Source of the DNA: Phoronis australis
Lineage: Eukaryota; Animalia; Phoronida
Direction of reading: 5' to 3'
Assembly (NCBI GenBank): GCA_002633005.1
Contig: NMRA01000705.1
Span: 130,222 to 194,221 of the forward strand
DNA: 64,000 nucleotides
Shown: piece by piece, positions 25,001 through 36,074 of the stretch
Layout of the letters: each line of letters begins with the position of its first letter
Position numbering within the stretch: position 1 is the stretch's first letter
Translations under genes and position numbers: made by a program
The notes under the pieces: generated by a model
The model's input: the letters and a program-made list of their open reading frames with translations, nothing else
Told to the model about the DNA's origin: nothing
Database searches by the model: none

Positions 25001-28000
25001 TTTGTATTTTTGATTTGCTATTAGTCACGCATTTCATTCTCGCCTTAAAAATCATGAAACAATCTGATTAATTATTGAACAAACTAGACAAGTCTAAAAT
25101 TGTTCTTCCTAAAGCACCAATTGGTTTCAACCATCAAAATTATTTAGGGATCACTCGGTATGAAGCAGACTAATCATGGATGGGTTAGCTAACCCTATCA
25201 AAACTGATAGCTGTTGAACTCTCGGTTTCTTGCTAGTGCACTAAATGGTTTGTTTCGGGATTGAAACTGTTTTCAGTTGTGATGTGGAGAAGTTTGAAAC
25301 GTGTTTTATGTGATGCGTTGAGTAATTGGTATTATTTTCTACTTACATGTCATGCTTGGATCAAGGTGTTGTGTCAAAGTTACAAATTATGATTCTGTAT
25401 GATTGTTTGGTTGTGCGGTTAAAATTGATACTAAAATGAGGAATTGTGTCCTAAACAACATTGCACAGCAATAATTTTTGCAGCCTCACCAAAGTGTGCA
25501 AGCAGTGATTAACATGAGTTTCAGGTAGTGAATTGAAGGTTATTGTTCCTGCAAAACTAGTTTAGTGCTTTAATGCATAGAATCTATACACATGATTTCA
25601 CCATTTAGTTGCAAGATGGCAGCTGACTTAACCAAACACCTGGAGAGCCACACGGAAACCAAGTACAAGTGCAGCGCTGACGGGTGTCAATTTGAGGGAA
25701 AGACTTTCCTATCTCTGTCCAAGCACTTCACAGCAGTACACCAAGTGAGTGCAGATATGTCAAGTTCACTCTTGACCAAAGTTAGAAAGTTACAGCTTTT
25801 TAAACTTAGAACAACACATTTCAGTTTCAACCAAAGCTCAAGGTAGCACACTTAAACTACAGTTTGCGTGCTCAGGTTTTTGAGTTTGCACTATGGAGCC
25901 TGTTCCTTTATTTGATAGTCAAACAACACTTCACTTCTCTTTGTTTAAAGTTGGTTATGAATGTGAAGGCAGTGTTTGTCCACATGCTTTTCTGGTTGTA
26001 GATAGAGAAGCCAATAGTGTACATGTGTGTTATTCTGGTTGTAGAGAGATAGACTACTTGACTTTTGTATACATGTGTGTTATTCTGGTTGTAGAGGGAT
26101 ATACTACTTAATGTATACATGTATGTTATTCTGGTTGTAGAGGGATAGACTACTTGTATACATGTGTGTTATTCTGGTTGTAGAGAGATAGACCAGTAGT
26201 GTACATGTGCCATCTGTGTAAGCGACAGTACTCCCGCGGCACAATACTCACACAACATTTGAAGAAGAAGCACAACTTCAAGTGGCCATCTGGCCATGTC
26301 AGGTTCAGGTAGGCAGCGCTCCTGGGGCTTGGAGTAGTGTAAAGTGATAATTTGACTGTGGTTAGGATTACATTTGGAGATGTTTTGGTTAAGCATATGG
26401 AAAAGGGATAGGGGTTGCCATAATCTTATCAATGTTTTGTAAATTTTGTACAGTTATATTTTGGTAATTTGAGTATATTCGTTACCTATTTATCATGTAA
26501 CCATTACAACAATTAAATGTATTAGTTTCATTATTGTCTACTCATATCGCCATGACAACCATGTTTTAATCCTCTTTCCAAGTTAGCGTGACCATTTTGC
26601 CAATATATACATATGTTCTAGCGTCATATTCAAAGGACTTTCAATTGCTGCCTCACAAATATTGAAACAAAGAATCAACACAATCGAGACAGATACTGTC
26701 ATAATGGATGTATTTTGGTTCAGAATTAAGAACACTTTGAAGGTATCATCTCTTCACAATGTTGAAAACTCAAAGTGTATGACTTAGGAAGTTGTACAGT
26801 ACCCAAAACACAAGCCCTTTTAGACCAGCGTGACTGCTACTAGCGACGTGTTCTGAACATGAATGTTCTGGAATCTCCCTGTGAGATAATGGTTCGGCAA
26901 GCAATTCACGCGTACACTGTGCAGGGCCGAATATGTGTGTAGCACACTGAATTGTGGGTGTGTGTGGCAGTCCAGTTGGTCCATGATCAACACATTCACA
27001 ATTGTGCTATTCCGTGTTTGTTTTGTGCAGAGAATTCTTGAATTGACCTTGCCTGGGAATGAGCTCAATGACATACTTTGCTTATTATGGTAGACTGCGC
27101 TTTTAATCCTATTCCAAGTAGTAGACATACAGTCTTATTAAGTTGCAAAAAGTTCTGGAGTGTATTTTTAAGAAAGTTTTTTGTCAGTCTTCAATAGTTT
27201 TGAATGGCTTGTGTCTGTGCAGTGACATCATTAGTACCTTTGTCATGCCAGTAGTTATGTTCCACTTATTTATTGTAGATACAAACTACATGACGATGGC
27301 TTCATGAGACTGCAGACTGTACGATATGAGAGTGTTGACGTTGCTGCCTTTGACTCAGACCAACAAACATCTACAGATGCTGCTGGTAAATATCTTGTGT
27401 TGACCTTTATAGTGACTGGAATGTAAGTGACTGACTTCACTGAGTATTGATGAGATTCACTGAGCTCCATCTTTTGAAGTTGTTCGATTGTAATACTGAG
27501 CTGTTTTGGCAATTTGTGAGTGAAAGGGGGCCCTCAGCATTTTGTGGGACAGTTTTTAGATTGTGCATGTTGTCAGAGGCCCTAAAAATACGAGTCAAAA
27601 CAAGTATGTGTTAGATACCATCTGAAGCTCTGCCTAGAAAATTGTACTATCGTTTGAAACCAGGAGAACTTGAATTATTTCTTCTGACAAACATAATATT
27701 AAAACTACATAAAACTCACCGTTAAAATACTTACTCAAATTAGTTGTTAGTGTGATATCTGTGTACACTTAGTATGCCGTAATGGTAAAATTTAAAAGTT
27801 TTATTCAAGGAATTAGTAACTAAGTTTAGTTTCTCTTGAAATTGCTCTCTGATCTGCTCAACTTTGAGGAACACCGTAATTTCACTAAGTGCATGTCTAC
27901 ATACTGCAAATAAGATACCTTTTATTAAACACTCCACAGCCATGTCTGGGGTATCAGTGTTTAATGTTCACATTAATTTTGTTCATCTGAAGTGAGAGCA

Positions 28001-28751
28001 TCAAAGTGCTGCTGCATTGAAAGGTGTTTGTGAGGGACGTAACTTTTAGTCGTTTATACTGTGTTGCTCTTGCTTTTCAGATGTGTCATTGGTCAACTCT
28101 AGTGATTTAGGTGATCAGTCTACTGAAGTGGGTGGCAGTGAATGTGATACTTCAGCTAGTCAGATGAACATTAGCGCCATCACGGCTCTGATGGTAGGTG
28201 AAGAGTCTTCTGCCTATAACTTCATGTCATGTGACAATACTCAGCTGGGTCAACTGAATGGAATAGAGCAACAGTTCATGCATAGTGTTACTCAAAGCAG
28301 CCAAGAGGGTAACCACCAGGTGGAGCTTCAGCATCACAACCCTGATTCTACTCAAGTCCACCAGGCACCATTAGTATCTGTTGGTTCTGATCGTTTCCAC
28401 CAAACAGATTCTGGTAGTGATGAGGTCATTCAGGAAACCTACAATTTGCAAATGTTAGGGGAGGTTGCTCTACATTTACCACAACCGACAACCCCAGATA
28501 AAGCTGCAGGTGGCGGTCAGTGTGGGAGTGAGGCCAGCTTGACTCCGCTGACCCTGGTTAAAGATGCAGATGGCAGTCAGTATGGGATTGATACCAGCTC
28601 AAGTTCACTGAGCAGTGGTGTTGCTGTGGAGAAGCGAAAGGGTGCCCAAAGAAGAAAATCTCCTGTGAAAAGTAAAAGGAGAAAGCTGGAAAATGAGGAC
28701 GAAGATATGAGAAGAACTCTTGTTGAAATGGGGATAACAATCACCAATTGA
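9896..28751 (+). CDS. HINFP: Histone H4 transcription factor HINFP (MIZF), C2H2 zinc-finger protein, ~638 aa; coding exons 9896-10091, 10497-10720, 13306-13411, 13934-14083, 20566-20646, 22717-22837, 25609-25744, 26184-26308, 27279-27385, 28081-28751
   Basis: All ten exons join in frame (1917 nt) with GT-AG sites. Diagnostic HINFP motifs: [105 protein letters not shown]. Confidence 0.95.
10497..10720 (+). CDS. HINFP: HINFP coding exon 2
   Basis: CEWRECG...[13 protein letters not shown]...[19 protein letters not shown]|GTGAGT. Confidence 0.92.
10890..13200 (+). mobile_element. HINE/Helentron-like element with internal degenerate ~150-190 bp tandem units in HINFP intron 2
   Basis: Starts TTTTATGCGC; recurring (CC)CCTAGTGGC / gaaa.ttggca blocks at ~11050, 11200, 11510, 11700, 12590, 12800, 13060. 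Family assignment is by general architecture. Confidence 0.5.
13306..13411 (+). CDS. HINFP: HINFP coding exon 3
   Basis: [16 protein letters not shown]...VKCYWE|GTAAAC. Confidence 0.92.
13934..14083 (+). CDS. HINFP: HINFP coding exon 4
   Basis: [47 protein letters not shown]; donor GTAAGG. Confidence 0.93.
14730..14910. repeat. Minisatellite, ~40-45 bp unit, ~4 copies
   Basis: Repeated tacatttgtctttag.tacat..ccatttcaagat. Confidence 0.75.
15186..15450. repeat. Tandem repeat, ~99 bp unit, ~2.7 copies
   Basis: caagttgtcactaacactta..gttattatgaaaactacccag at ~15187, ~15286, ~15385. Confidence 0.85.
15608..15834 (-). CDS. SDR exon 6 (terminal)
   Basis: [36 protein letters not shown]...[11 protein letters not shown]...stop. 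Confidence 0.9.
15608..20260 (-). CDS. Short-chain dehydrogenase/reductase, SDR9C family (BDH1 / HSD17B2 / RDH16 / DHRS9-like), 331 aa, nested antisense in HINFP intron 4; exons 20260-20125, 19530-19318, 18622-18440, 17607-17470, 16337-16239, 15834-15608
   Basis: 996 nt spliced in frame, all introns GT-AG and phase 1. N-terminal hydrophobic anchor, KAVLITGCDCGIG (TGxxxGxG), [22 protein letters not shown], catalytic [37 protein letters not shown]. Confidence 0.93.
16239..16337 (-). CDS. SDR exon 5 (not in ORF track)
   Basis: TTTCAG|[33 protein letters not shown]|GTATGG. Confidence 0.88.
17369..17391. repeat. (CTG)n microsatellite, intronic to both genes
   Basis: ctgctgctgctgctgctgctgct. Confidence 0.9.
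17470..17607 (-). CDS. SDR exon 4 (catalytic YxxxK)
   Basis: [46 protein letters not shown]. Confidence 0.93.
18440..18622 (-). CDS. SDR exon 3
   Basis: [11 protein letters not shown]...[32 protein letters not shown]. Confidence 0.93.
19318..19530 (-). CDS. SDR exon 2
   Basis: [11 protein letters not shown]...GFTVFAGCL...LRVLQMDIT. Confidence 0.92.
19550..20045. repeat. Degenerate ~45-bp tandem repeat in SDR intron 1
   Basis: Recurring (g)tttcacatcaga core. Confidence 0.6.
20125..20260 (-). CDS. SDR exon 1 (membrane anchor + start of Rossmann fold)
   Basis: MHLYSL...[17 protein letters not shown]|GTAAGT. Confidence 0.85.
20566..20646 (+). CDS. HINFP: HINFP coding exon 5
   Basis: [27 protein letters not shown]; TGCAG| and |GTAAG. 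Confidence 0.92.
22717..22837 (+). CDS. HINFP: HINFP coding exon 6
   Basis: [40 protein letters not shown]; CTCCAG| and |GTAAG. Confidence 0.93.
23920..24715. repeat. Minisatellite, 44-bp unit, ~18 copies (outliers at 23530-23630)
   Basis: Unit gagaagataagagatagtcactagtgtttacatactaattcatg repeated head-to-tail with no spacers. Confidence 0.95.
25609..25744 (+). CDS. HINFP: HINFP coding exon 7
   Basis: [15 protein letters not shown]...YKCSADGC...[11 protein letters not shown]|GTGAGT. Confidence 0.9.
25989..26210 (+). repeat. Five tandem 43-50 bp copies spanning the HINFP exon 8 acceptor
   Basis: ttctggttgtag ends at 26001, 26044, 26094, 26140, 26183. Confidence 0.9.
26184..26308 (+). CDS. 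HINFP: HINFP coding exon 8
   Basis: [42 protein letters not shown]|GTAGGC. Confidence 0.92.
27279..27385 (+). CDS. HINFP: HINFP coding exon 9
   Basis: [21 protein letters not shown]...; TTGTAG| and |GTAAAT. Confidence 0.92.
28081..28751 (+). CDS. HINFP: HINFP terminal coding exon (low-complexity tail, basic NLS-like KRK..RRK..KRRK)
   Basis: TTTTCAG acceptor at 28080, phase 1 matches exon 9; open to TGA at 28749-28751. Confidence 0.85.
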
Positions 28752-29113
28752 CAGTGAAGTTAAGGTGACACCGAGAGTATGACCTTGCTTTGGATAAAGT
28801 TTAGTTGTAGTTTACTTAAATTAATGCAGCTACACATCCACTATCTGCCAAAAAGTAAGTTCTTTTGATGTGGACCACATCCAAAATTGGTCACAGTTGT
28901 TGTTACTGACTCTGACGTGACAACTTGACTTGACGAGCCTGGTGTTCAGCAACAACACACTATCGGTTCTTTCCAAGCCTGACAATCTCTTGTAATCTGT
29001 GTAGTTTTATTTGAGACTAGTTTTGCAGCACTCAGTGGACTTAGTCAAAAGTTATATTTAGAACATGTTACAGCTCATAATATTTGTTTTTTGGTCATGT
29101 TACATTTACTTCC

Positions 29114-29119
29114 AATAAA
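29114..29119 (+). terminator. Candidate HINFP polyadenylation signal AATAAA
   Basis: AATAAA ~360 nt after the stop, followed by GT-rich sequence (~29163-29176). Confidence 0.5.
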
Positions 29120-29516
29120 TGTCTGTGAACATAAAATTTGCACACAACATTTATTAAAAACTTGTCTGTTGTTTTGGGGCGAATTCGGATAAAAGATAGT
29201 GCAGTAACAGCCATTTTTCAAGTGATTACAATTCTGCACTCCTCTGAGGATACCAGCAATTTATTAATATGCGGATGCATCTTCTCAATGTCTTTCTGGT
29301 GTTACTCTTTTTTGGATACAAAATATTCTCGAGTTATTGAAGATTTTTTGATTTGATTGCTGCTTTTATTGACTGATACCTCAATGCAATTTCATTGGCT
29401 TATCATTTGTACATTAGTGTTGGGGTCGTTGGTGTTCTTGCTTTCATTGTTGACCTCAACTCTAAGTTTTTCATTTGGATTTCGACGTGTGTTTCTCCTG
29501 AGAGGGCTGTCTTTTA

Positions 29517-30000
29517 ATTAGAATCAGAAATATTTATTGTACATAGGCCTCAGCCTCATAACACAGTTCACGTTACAACTTTACAATGATAAAATTTAAG
29601 CTCCTAGTACAGTTGCTCTTGAAATATGTAACGCCAGAATCATGGCTTTGAAATAACCTAACTACTCCCGCATCATTTGTCATATTCGCCAGCAAATTTC
29701 TGCGCACATCACCAAGGATAGGTCAGTGACGCAAAATGAATCTCGTATTTCATAATCCAAAAGTTCTCTCCTCGTGTTAGACGTGCGTGTCGCCTTGTTT
29801 CAATGTAAAGCTTGTGCATTGAGCACCTAAAACGAGCAAATATTTCCTTAGGTAGGGGTCTAAAACGTACAAGTATTTTTCACGATGTAGTTCCGTTTTT
29901 ATTGTGCAACAGAATTTATATTTAGTCAAATTAGGTATTACAGAGCGCCAATTTTATACGTCAAAGTCAATCTCTGACGAAATTCTGAAAGGAATAAATG
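29517..30000 (-). mobile_element. LINE 3' fragment (RTE-X-like)
   Basis: Minus-strand AATAAA plus ttctga tail at ~29520-29540; degenerate ARFRCS.HKL..ET and EIHF motifs. Confidence 0.5.
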
Positions 30001-30058
30001 CAGGTCACCCGGTCCGTATAACCATACCTCTCCAAGTTTCGGGGCATTTATTACATAA

Positions 30059-30313
30059 CAAGGCTTGGAATTTTCCTCTTTTAAGAGGATTTCCTCGTTT
30101 TTGGTTTAGATTTCTTCTAATCTAATTTCCAGTTCCGTCTTTTTTGTCTCTTTCTTTATCATTGTTTTGCCTTAATTTACACACAAACTTATTTCAATTA
30201 AATTTTACAACTACACCAAAAATATTTCAATCACACAAACCTATTTATTTGTGGAATGGTACATCACCTGGAAAATTTTCCTCTTTTTTCGTCATTGGTC
30301 ATTCCAAGCCCTG
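30059..30313 (-). mobile_element. Second copy of the 6-bp-TSD TIR element (inverted relative to 553-1051)
   Basis: CAAGGCTTGGAA...TCATTCCAAGCCCTG; ACATAA duplicated at 30053-30058 and 30314-30319. Confidence 0.8.
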
Positions 30314-30614
30314 ACATAAGCCAGGTCTATCTCCGTAAATCTAGACCACGGCCAACATCTATTGATTGACTACGAGATAAAATTAGGTAATGTTACGCAA
30401 TTATTGCCAGCGGCAAAAAGTGGACACATTTGAATACTTTTCTGATGATTTTTTATTTAATTCCGTCTAGATAATGCGTGAAATATCCCATCAAAACGTT
30501 TTTTCGGACGTCTTTCAAAGCCAAATATAAGGGAGTCTACAGTCCGGTGTACTGCAGGCACGAGGATAGATAGTGCCACCGTCAAGCTCAATGAAATAAA
30601 TATATTTCGTTGTT

Positions 30615-30885
30615 CAAGCTCCTACAGGGCCTTTCATATGCCGGAAGCTTTTCGCCGGCGAATTATGTCTCACGCTGATTAAACCATCCAATAAAGCCAC
30701 GTTGCTATAAGTAGCTTTTGCGCATAGAGGGACTCCTTAGGAGGCCGTCGATGTCTTTATAGTTCCTATCCAACTCGAACTCCCGTAATCATATTTTGAG
30801 CTGTCCTACGTTCAGTTTCCCCAAATAGGCAACTGACCATTTTTACACCTCACGCGCCAGAGAATACGACGTCATATCTCCTGTC
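30615..30885. mobile_element. Half copy of the 5350-5934 foldback element
   Basis: Shared arm sequence (gaattatg..cac, cttaggagg.cgtcgatgt, gacgtcatatc). Confidence 0.65.
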
Positions 30886-33235
30886 TAAAATACAGTCGGA
30901 GACAAAGATTGAACAAATCTACAACAATTAACTTAACGTTCTTCAAAGTGTTAAGTACATTGTATAAAGATATATATCTGTTCTTGATACTCACTCTGCG
31001 GCCACATTTCGTGATTGTTTTCTACCCATTTCCACGTTTAAGCAGACCACATATCATCGGGTTAACTTGGAACAATCATTTTTTTGCTTTGCAAAATGTG
31101 TGAACACAGTTTTTCTTATAATGAGACTCAACTGAACACATTTAGCGACTAGTTTTTACCCGATTCCAAATTTAAGAGTCATTCCACGAGAAAGTTAAAA
31201 GAAATCAAAAAATCAGTCTATGGGTCATTTTTTAGAGTCAACTACTTTGTGTATGTGGTCGTGGTGTGACTCTGACACAAAAATCACCAATATTGCACTT
31301 ATTGACCTGTTAATTTTTTACCTACATGTACATGTACAGGCCTTCAACGGTTCGCGAAGAAAATGACACGTTTGCATACCGAAAACAGAAATTTTCCAAT
31401 ATAAAAAACAGGTAGATTTCATGCAATGAGAGAAAACATAACGAGATTAGGAAGTCGGACATGACTACAAAAAATTGATACAAATAAGATGACTGCATCA
31501 CGTGACAGAGAAAATAAATCCGGAAGCACTGTAGTCACTGTGTTGAAACATGACAGCGTTTTCCCGTTCAGTGACTTTTCCAGAAGTAGGGGGTTCTGAG
31601 CGTGTGATAACATCTAGCTTCTTTGTTAACTGTCAAGCACACTCTTTTGTCTGTTATGACAACAAGCAGGCCAATTATCTACCAGGCTTATTACAGACCA
31701 CGTGTGAACACAGTCAAACTCAGTGAGAGTGACAGAATCGGATTGTCGTAACTTCGGTTGCAGTTGGGCGATTTTGGCCATTCAAAAACTAAACATGATC
31801 ACCATTTGACGAAGATTTCAGAAATGCTATTGGTTTATGCTCAAATGTGTTATAACTTAACTTTTATTTTCAACAGCACAGCCCAGTCAGGGTAGATACG
31901 ATCTTGGTTCAGCCTGTATTGCTGAAAATTTTCAAATTGCATTCAAATTACTTACAGTGGCAAAAAGTTGCTAGGATCATTTTAGTTTACGTATTAATTT
32001 GTACTCGGCTCACTTTGCTAGATGTGAGCCTTAGCTACAATGAAATCCGTGCATTCAATATTTATAATAGATGCCATATGCATCTCTCTTATAGGAGTGT
32101 GAAAACAAGTGACAAAGTCAGATTTGGGTTGAATCGGTTAAACGATTATCGTCCTGTAAAAGTGACAGAATACAGATTAAATAACTTTAGTTTGTATATT
32201 TTAAGTAATGATGATCAAGTAATAAGGTGAACGTTACCAGGGCACTGCATTAGTTAGCATCTGAGACGGGGCACGGGTTAGACGTATGAACGGTTTCCAC
32301 AATGATAATACTGTCACTGGTGTGGCAGCACAGGTTACAATCATTCGAAAACATGCATGTAAATAAAATGAGTTTTAGGCCAAATTAGAAGTAGAAGTGG
32401 AAAACAAAAACGACGTTAGATTGCGGCATGCTCGACGTTTCGATATTAATCAGACAGAAAACATAATATCATAGCAGAATATTAGATTAATATCGTAACG
32501 TCGTTTTCAAACACGCATCTGCCATTGTTTTCTCGATAGGAACGTTTTGGCCAAATTTCGTGAAATTTCACTAAAGAAATTAAGTTACAGAAACTGCCTC
32601 CAGGGGTCCAGCAGTAGTTGAATTATATAAAATTGGCGTCGACTCATTTGACCATCATAAAACATTTGCAAAAATTAAGGAAGCCCCTTTATGAGGTTTA
32701 CGAGTAAATACAGCTACATACTGCCAGTAGTCAGGCACTATCGGATGTTGCTTAAAAACAAACAAAATTAATTCTTATTTTTCATTGTCTCAGTCAGACA
32801 ACTAACAGATGGAGAATATTATCGGCAATTGCCAACTGGCTTCAAGAGCACCTCAAAAATCGCAAAAAATCAAATACATTAAATTGGGTAAAATTTACCG
32901 AATATTGTTACTCCAGCAGTGAAAGCTAACGAAAACCCCCTTAAAAGATGCAACGACTGCATTCTGATAGAGAGGTTCAATGTGTACATGAACATCAAAA
33001 AGATTTTTTCCGTTCGTTTAAATCGTTTTAAAACAACTTCACTTACTGAACCTTTTTGAATCAAAAATTGGCTATTTTGGGCCAAAATATTCATGATGCT
33101 CTAACTTAAAAAATAATGGTCCAAAAATCAAATAAACACTTTGAACATTTCTCCCCAGGAAGCTCTGAGTCGGAGACCCTAGGTTTGACCATTTGCGGTT
33201 GCTCACGCGAAATGAGCTGAGCACGCCCCCACTTG

Positions 33236-33970
33236 AACTTACTTACTTACTTGTAAACATGGTGGTATCTACTACCCAGCGTAGTCGTCAGCTAAGAGAC
33301 CATCTTCATCGTGGGTTTTGACCTTGGCCTCGAATCCTCTCTGATGGTAGGTCTCTGAAGGCTGACCAGACTTCCAGCCGACGCTGGGGTTGCCATTTGT
33401 TTTCACGTTGTAACCACAGCCACACGGTTGCTTCCTCCGCTGATCTTACAGTAGACTTGAAAATATCAGCTCGCGCTTTTGATGAAATACCCAGAAGCTT
33501 CGTCATCCGCCACATGCTGCCTGCAATAAACCCTCGACATCCAACTTCTATGGGAATACAGAAGCATTTTCAGCCATTCGCTGCACATTCCTGCGATAGT
33601 TCTCAGGGGCGGATCCAGGATTTTGAGTTACGGGGGGGGGCAGGGCAGCATATTAGCCAGGATTTTGCCCGACAGACATTCGCACCTCTGAACTGCCTAA
33701 TGGAATCTGGGAGAATTTTAGGGGGGGGGACATATCCCCCTTGGCCCGCCTCTAAATCCGCCACTGGTTCTACGTACTTGAGTAGTTTCCTCTCGTGAGC
33801 CTCCAGCACCCTAGTCTCCCACGGCACAGTTAACTCAATCAAAAGCACTACTTTTCTTGCTGTCTGACCACAACACTATGTTTGGTCTTAACTGGGTGAC
33901 TGCAATATGGCTCGCGAATGAACCCCTAATGACCACATCCGTCACAATCTTCCAGTCGGCAGCCATGCCT
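33236..33970 (-). mobile_element. 5'-truncated HERO-like (RLE-type) non-LTR retrotransposon, interrupted by a MITE
   Basis: LRPNIVLWS..IELTVPWETRVLEAHERKLLKY | L.QEC..NG....PIEVGCRGF...LLG...SAEEATVWLW; (TAAG)n tail at ~33236-33252. Confidence 0.8.
33604..33766. mobile_element. MITE with CAG..CTG termini, G/C-rich subterminal tracts, 5-bp TSD
   Basis: CAGGGGCGGAT...ATCCGCCACTG; GTTCT duplicated at 33599-33603 and 33767-33771. Confidence 0.85.
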
Positions 33971-34092
33971 AGAACGCCTGAATTGCACCTCTTTGGAGCC
34001 CACTTTCACATGCACAAGAAACCCAAACAGTTAAAGTTTCTTTTATAAATACTCGATTGTTGTTCTCAGTATCATTACAACACGTAGATATG

Positions 34093-34239
34093 CATGGGCG
34101 GCGCACCATAGGGTCCTGGGGGGCTATGCCCCCCACTTTTCTCAGAGCTAGGTCGCACATGGTCTATAGGCGGTGCATCACAAGGGGGCTGAGGGGGCTT
34201 TAGCCCCCCTCCACTTTTTTCAGTGCTGCGCCACCCATG
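34093..34239. mobile_element. MITE with CATGGG..CCCATG termini, 5-bp TSD
   Basis: ATATG duplicated at 34088-34092 and 34240-34244. Confidence 0.8.
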
Positions 34240-34439
34240 ATATGCCTCTGTGTCTTAACCGAAATGTGTGTTTTTGAATATGGAAGTATAGAAATTACAT
34301 CTTGGTCCGAAATTTCATTCATTTTCAGGGTCGTGAACCTTCGGAGTGGTGAACCTTTGGAGTATTGCCTTCGGAGTACTGGGCTATTCCCATTTCCAAC
34401 GCTATGAGCCACTTAAGCAACCTTACGAAACATTCTTCA

Positions 34440-36074
34440 AGTCATTCAAATACTAATGTTTCCGTCTGAGAATGTGGTGGAGTATAATCATTCACTTTTA
34501 AAGCACGCATTATTCGAAAGTTTGGCAGAGGGTAACTCTCAGTAATCCAGAAATAGAGCTTTGGGGATCACAATGCATCCGTGTTTTGGTCCGGTTTTTG
34601 CGAGTAACCGTCATAGTATCCTCATTTCTTGGATTAGATCTACGAATTCCTTCTTATCTCAGAAAAATGGAGCTGCCAAGATCCATCGTCTTGTAGACAG
34701 ATTTCCTTTATGTCGGGTTTAGCTGCCTTAGGGCGCTACGGTTAGCTAACTTAGCATCATCACTTGTTGACATTAATCTTTTGAACTTCAAAAGTCTGAA
34801 TATTCCAGTTGTACACTTCAATATAATTTTCTCTCAGTTCAGAATATTTATCACAGCTAAGAAGAAAATGATACTCGTCTTTCACAACATTGAGGCAGAA
34901 GGAAAACACTCTGTTTGCCCAATATAAATTCTAGTGCCTGCCTACTTCAATCATGAGACTGAAGTTAGAACAACTAAAACGTGTCATGGACACAATTTGT
35001 GCACGGGGTATACTCAAACTTAAATTTTCCCCATTTGAATTCTTTTTTAATTTGATTACAAAAGTTCGGCTTAGGATTACTCTCAACACTCTGTCTCCAT
35101 CCTTACAAATAGTAATTCCTTATTCGCTGACAAAAATTAGCAGAATAGTATTTTCACACACAACGCCTTGATTTAACTGAACTTTTTGAAATCCATAATT
35201 TGATAATATAAGTCTAATTATGTGGCTCAATTTCGGGAGTGTCGACCATTTTGGTCAAAGTCATGCGAGGAGGCATTTTGAGAAGTTTGAACCAATACGT
35301 GATCACGGCAACATAGTAATTAGTAAATACGCGGCGCGCTCAGTGCAGCATTGTTTCAACATGAATTAGCAACACCCAACACACGCTTGCAAAATTTAAT
35401 TTGCTCTTGTTCTAGCCAGTTGTATTCTTGTAAGCCCCATATTTCGGCTCCATAGCACGAGCTGGGGTAAATCATTTTCTCAAGTGTATCAAAAGCCACA
35501 CGCGTTGAAATATGGTTCAGCTTCTTTGTAGATTGTCGACTGTAATGGTTACCTTCGTGGCTTGGGCTGACAGGGTCTGAGCAGCCATAGTCCACAATAA
35601 CTTCGGCTTGAACACAGCACCAAGATGCTTAAACACTGTAGCTGGCATGGAAATTATTCAGTTTCCCCCTCCAAAATACCACATCTCGCAATTTCTCAAG
35701 AGACCTCCGTTTCTAAACACTATAACTTTGGTCTTCACTGATTTTACAGACATTCCCCATAAAACTTACTTAAAGCACACGGTAGTTTTGCAGTTTAACT
35801 GGAGATTAAATACACAAAGTCACAGCATATAACAAAATTTTCACATCGGAAACATTTTGACTTAGCATAATACCATCGTCATTACTAGAATGGATACATT
35901 CTACAAAGTCATTAAGTTTTTAAAAAATCACCATGAACTCCAACAATAAACTTTCAAAGACAAGTGACTGGGCAGACTCGACCAGACACGTGTTGTGTAA
36001 TGAATGGTTCTCATTTGAAAAACTATCCATCCCCTGCACGCTGAATGAAACCTTGGACGAATGCAGTATTGCAA
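34440..36074 (-). mobile_element. Degraded LINE ORF2 C-terminal region (RTE-X/CR1-like), copy 1
   Basis: YGAEIWG...EQEQIKFCKRVLGV; RFSCSNFSLMIEVGRH; frameshifts and stops. Confidence 0.7.

Noticed and set aside
31172-33220. Possible TTAA-flanked GAG-ended (Sola3/Kolobok-like) transposon
   Set aside because: The left end looks plausible, but I could not find a convincing matching right TIR or TSD.
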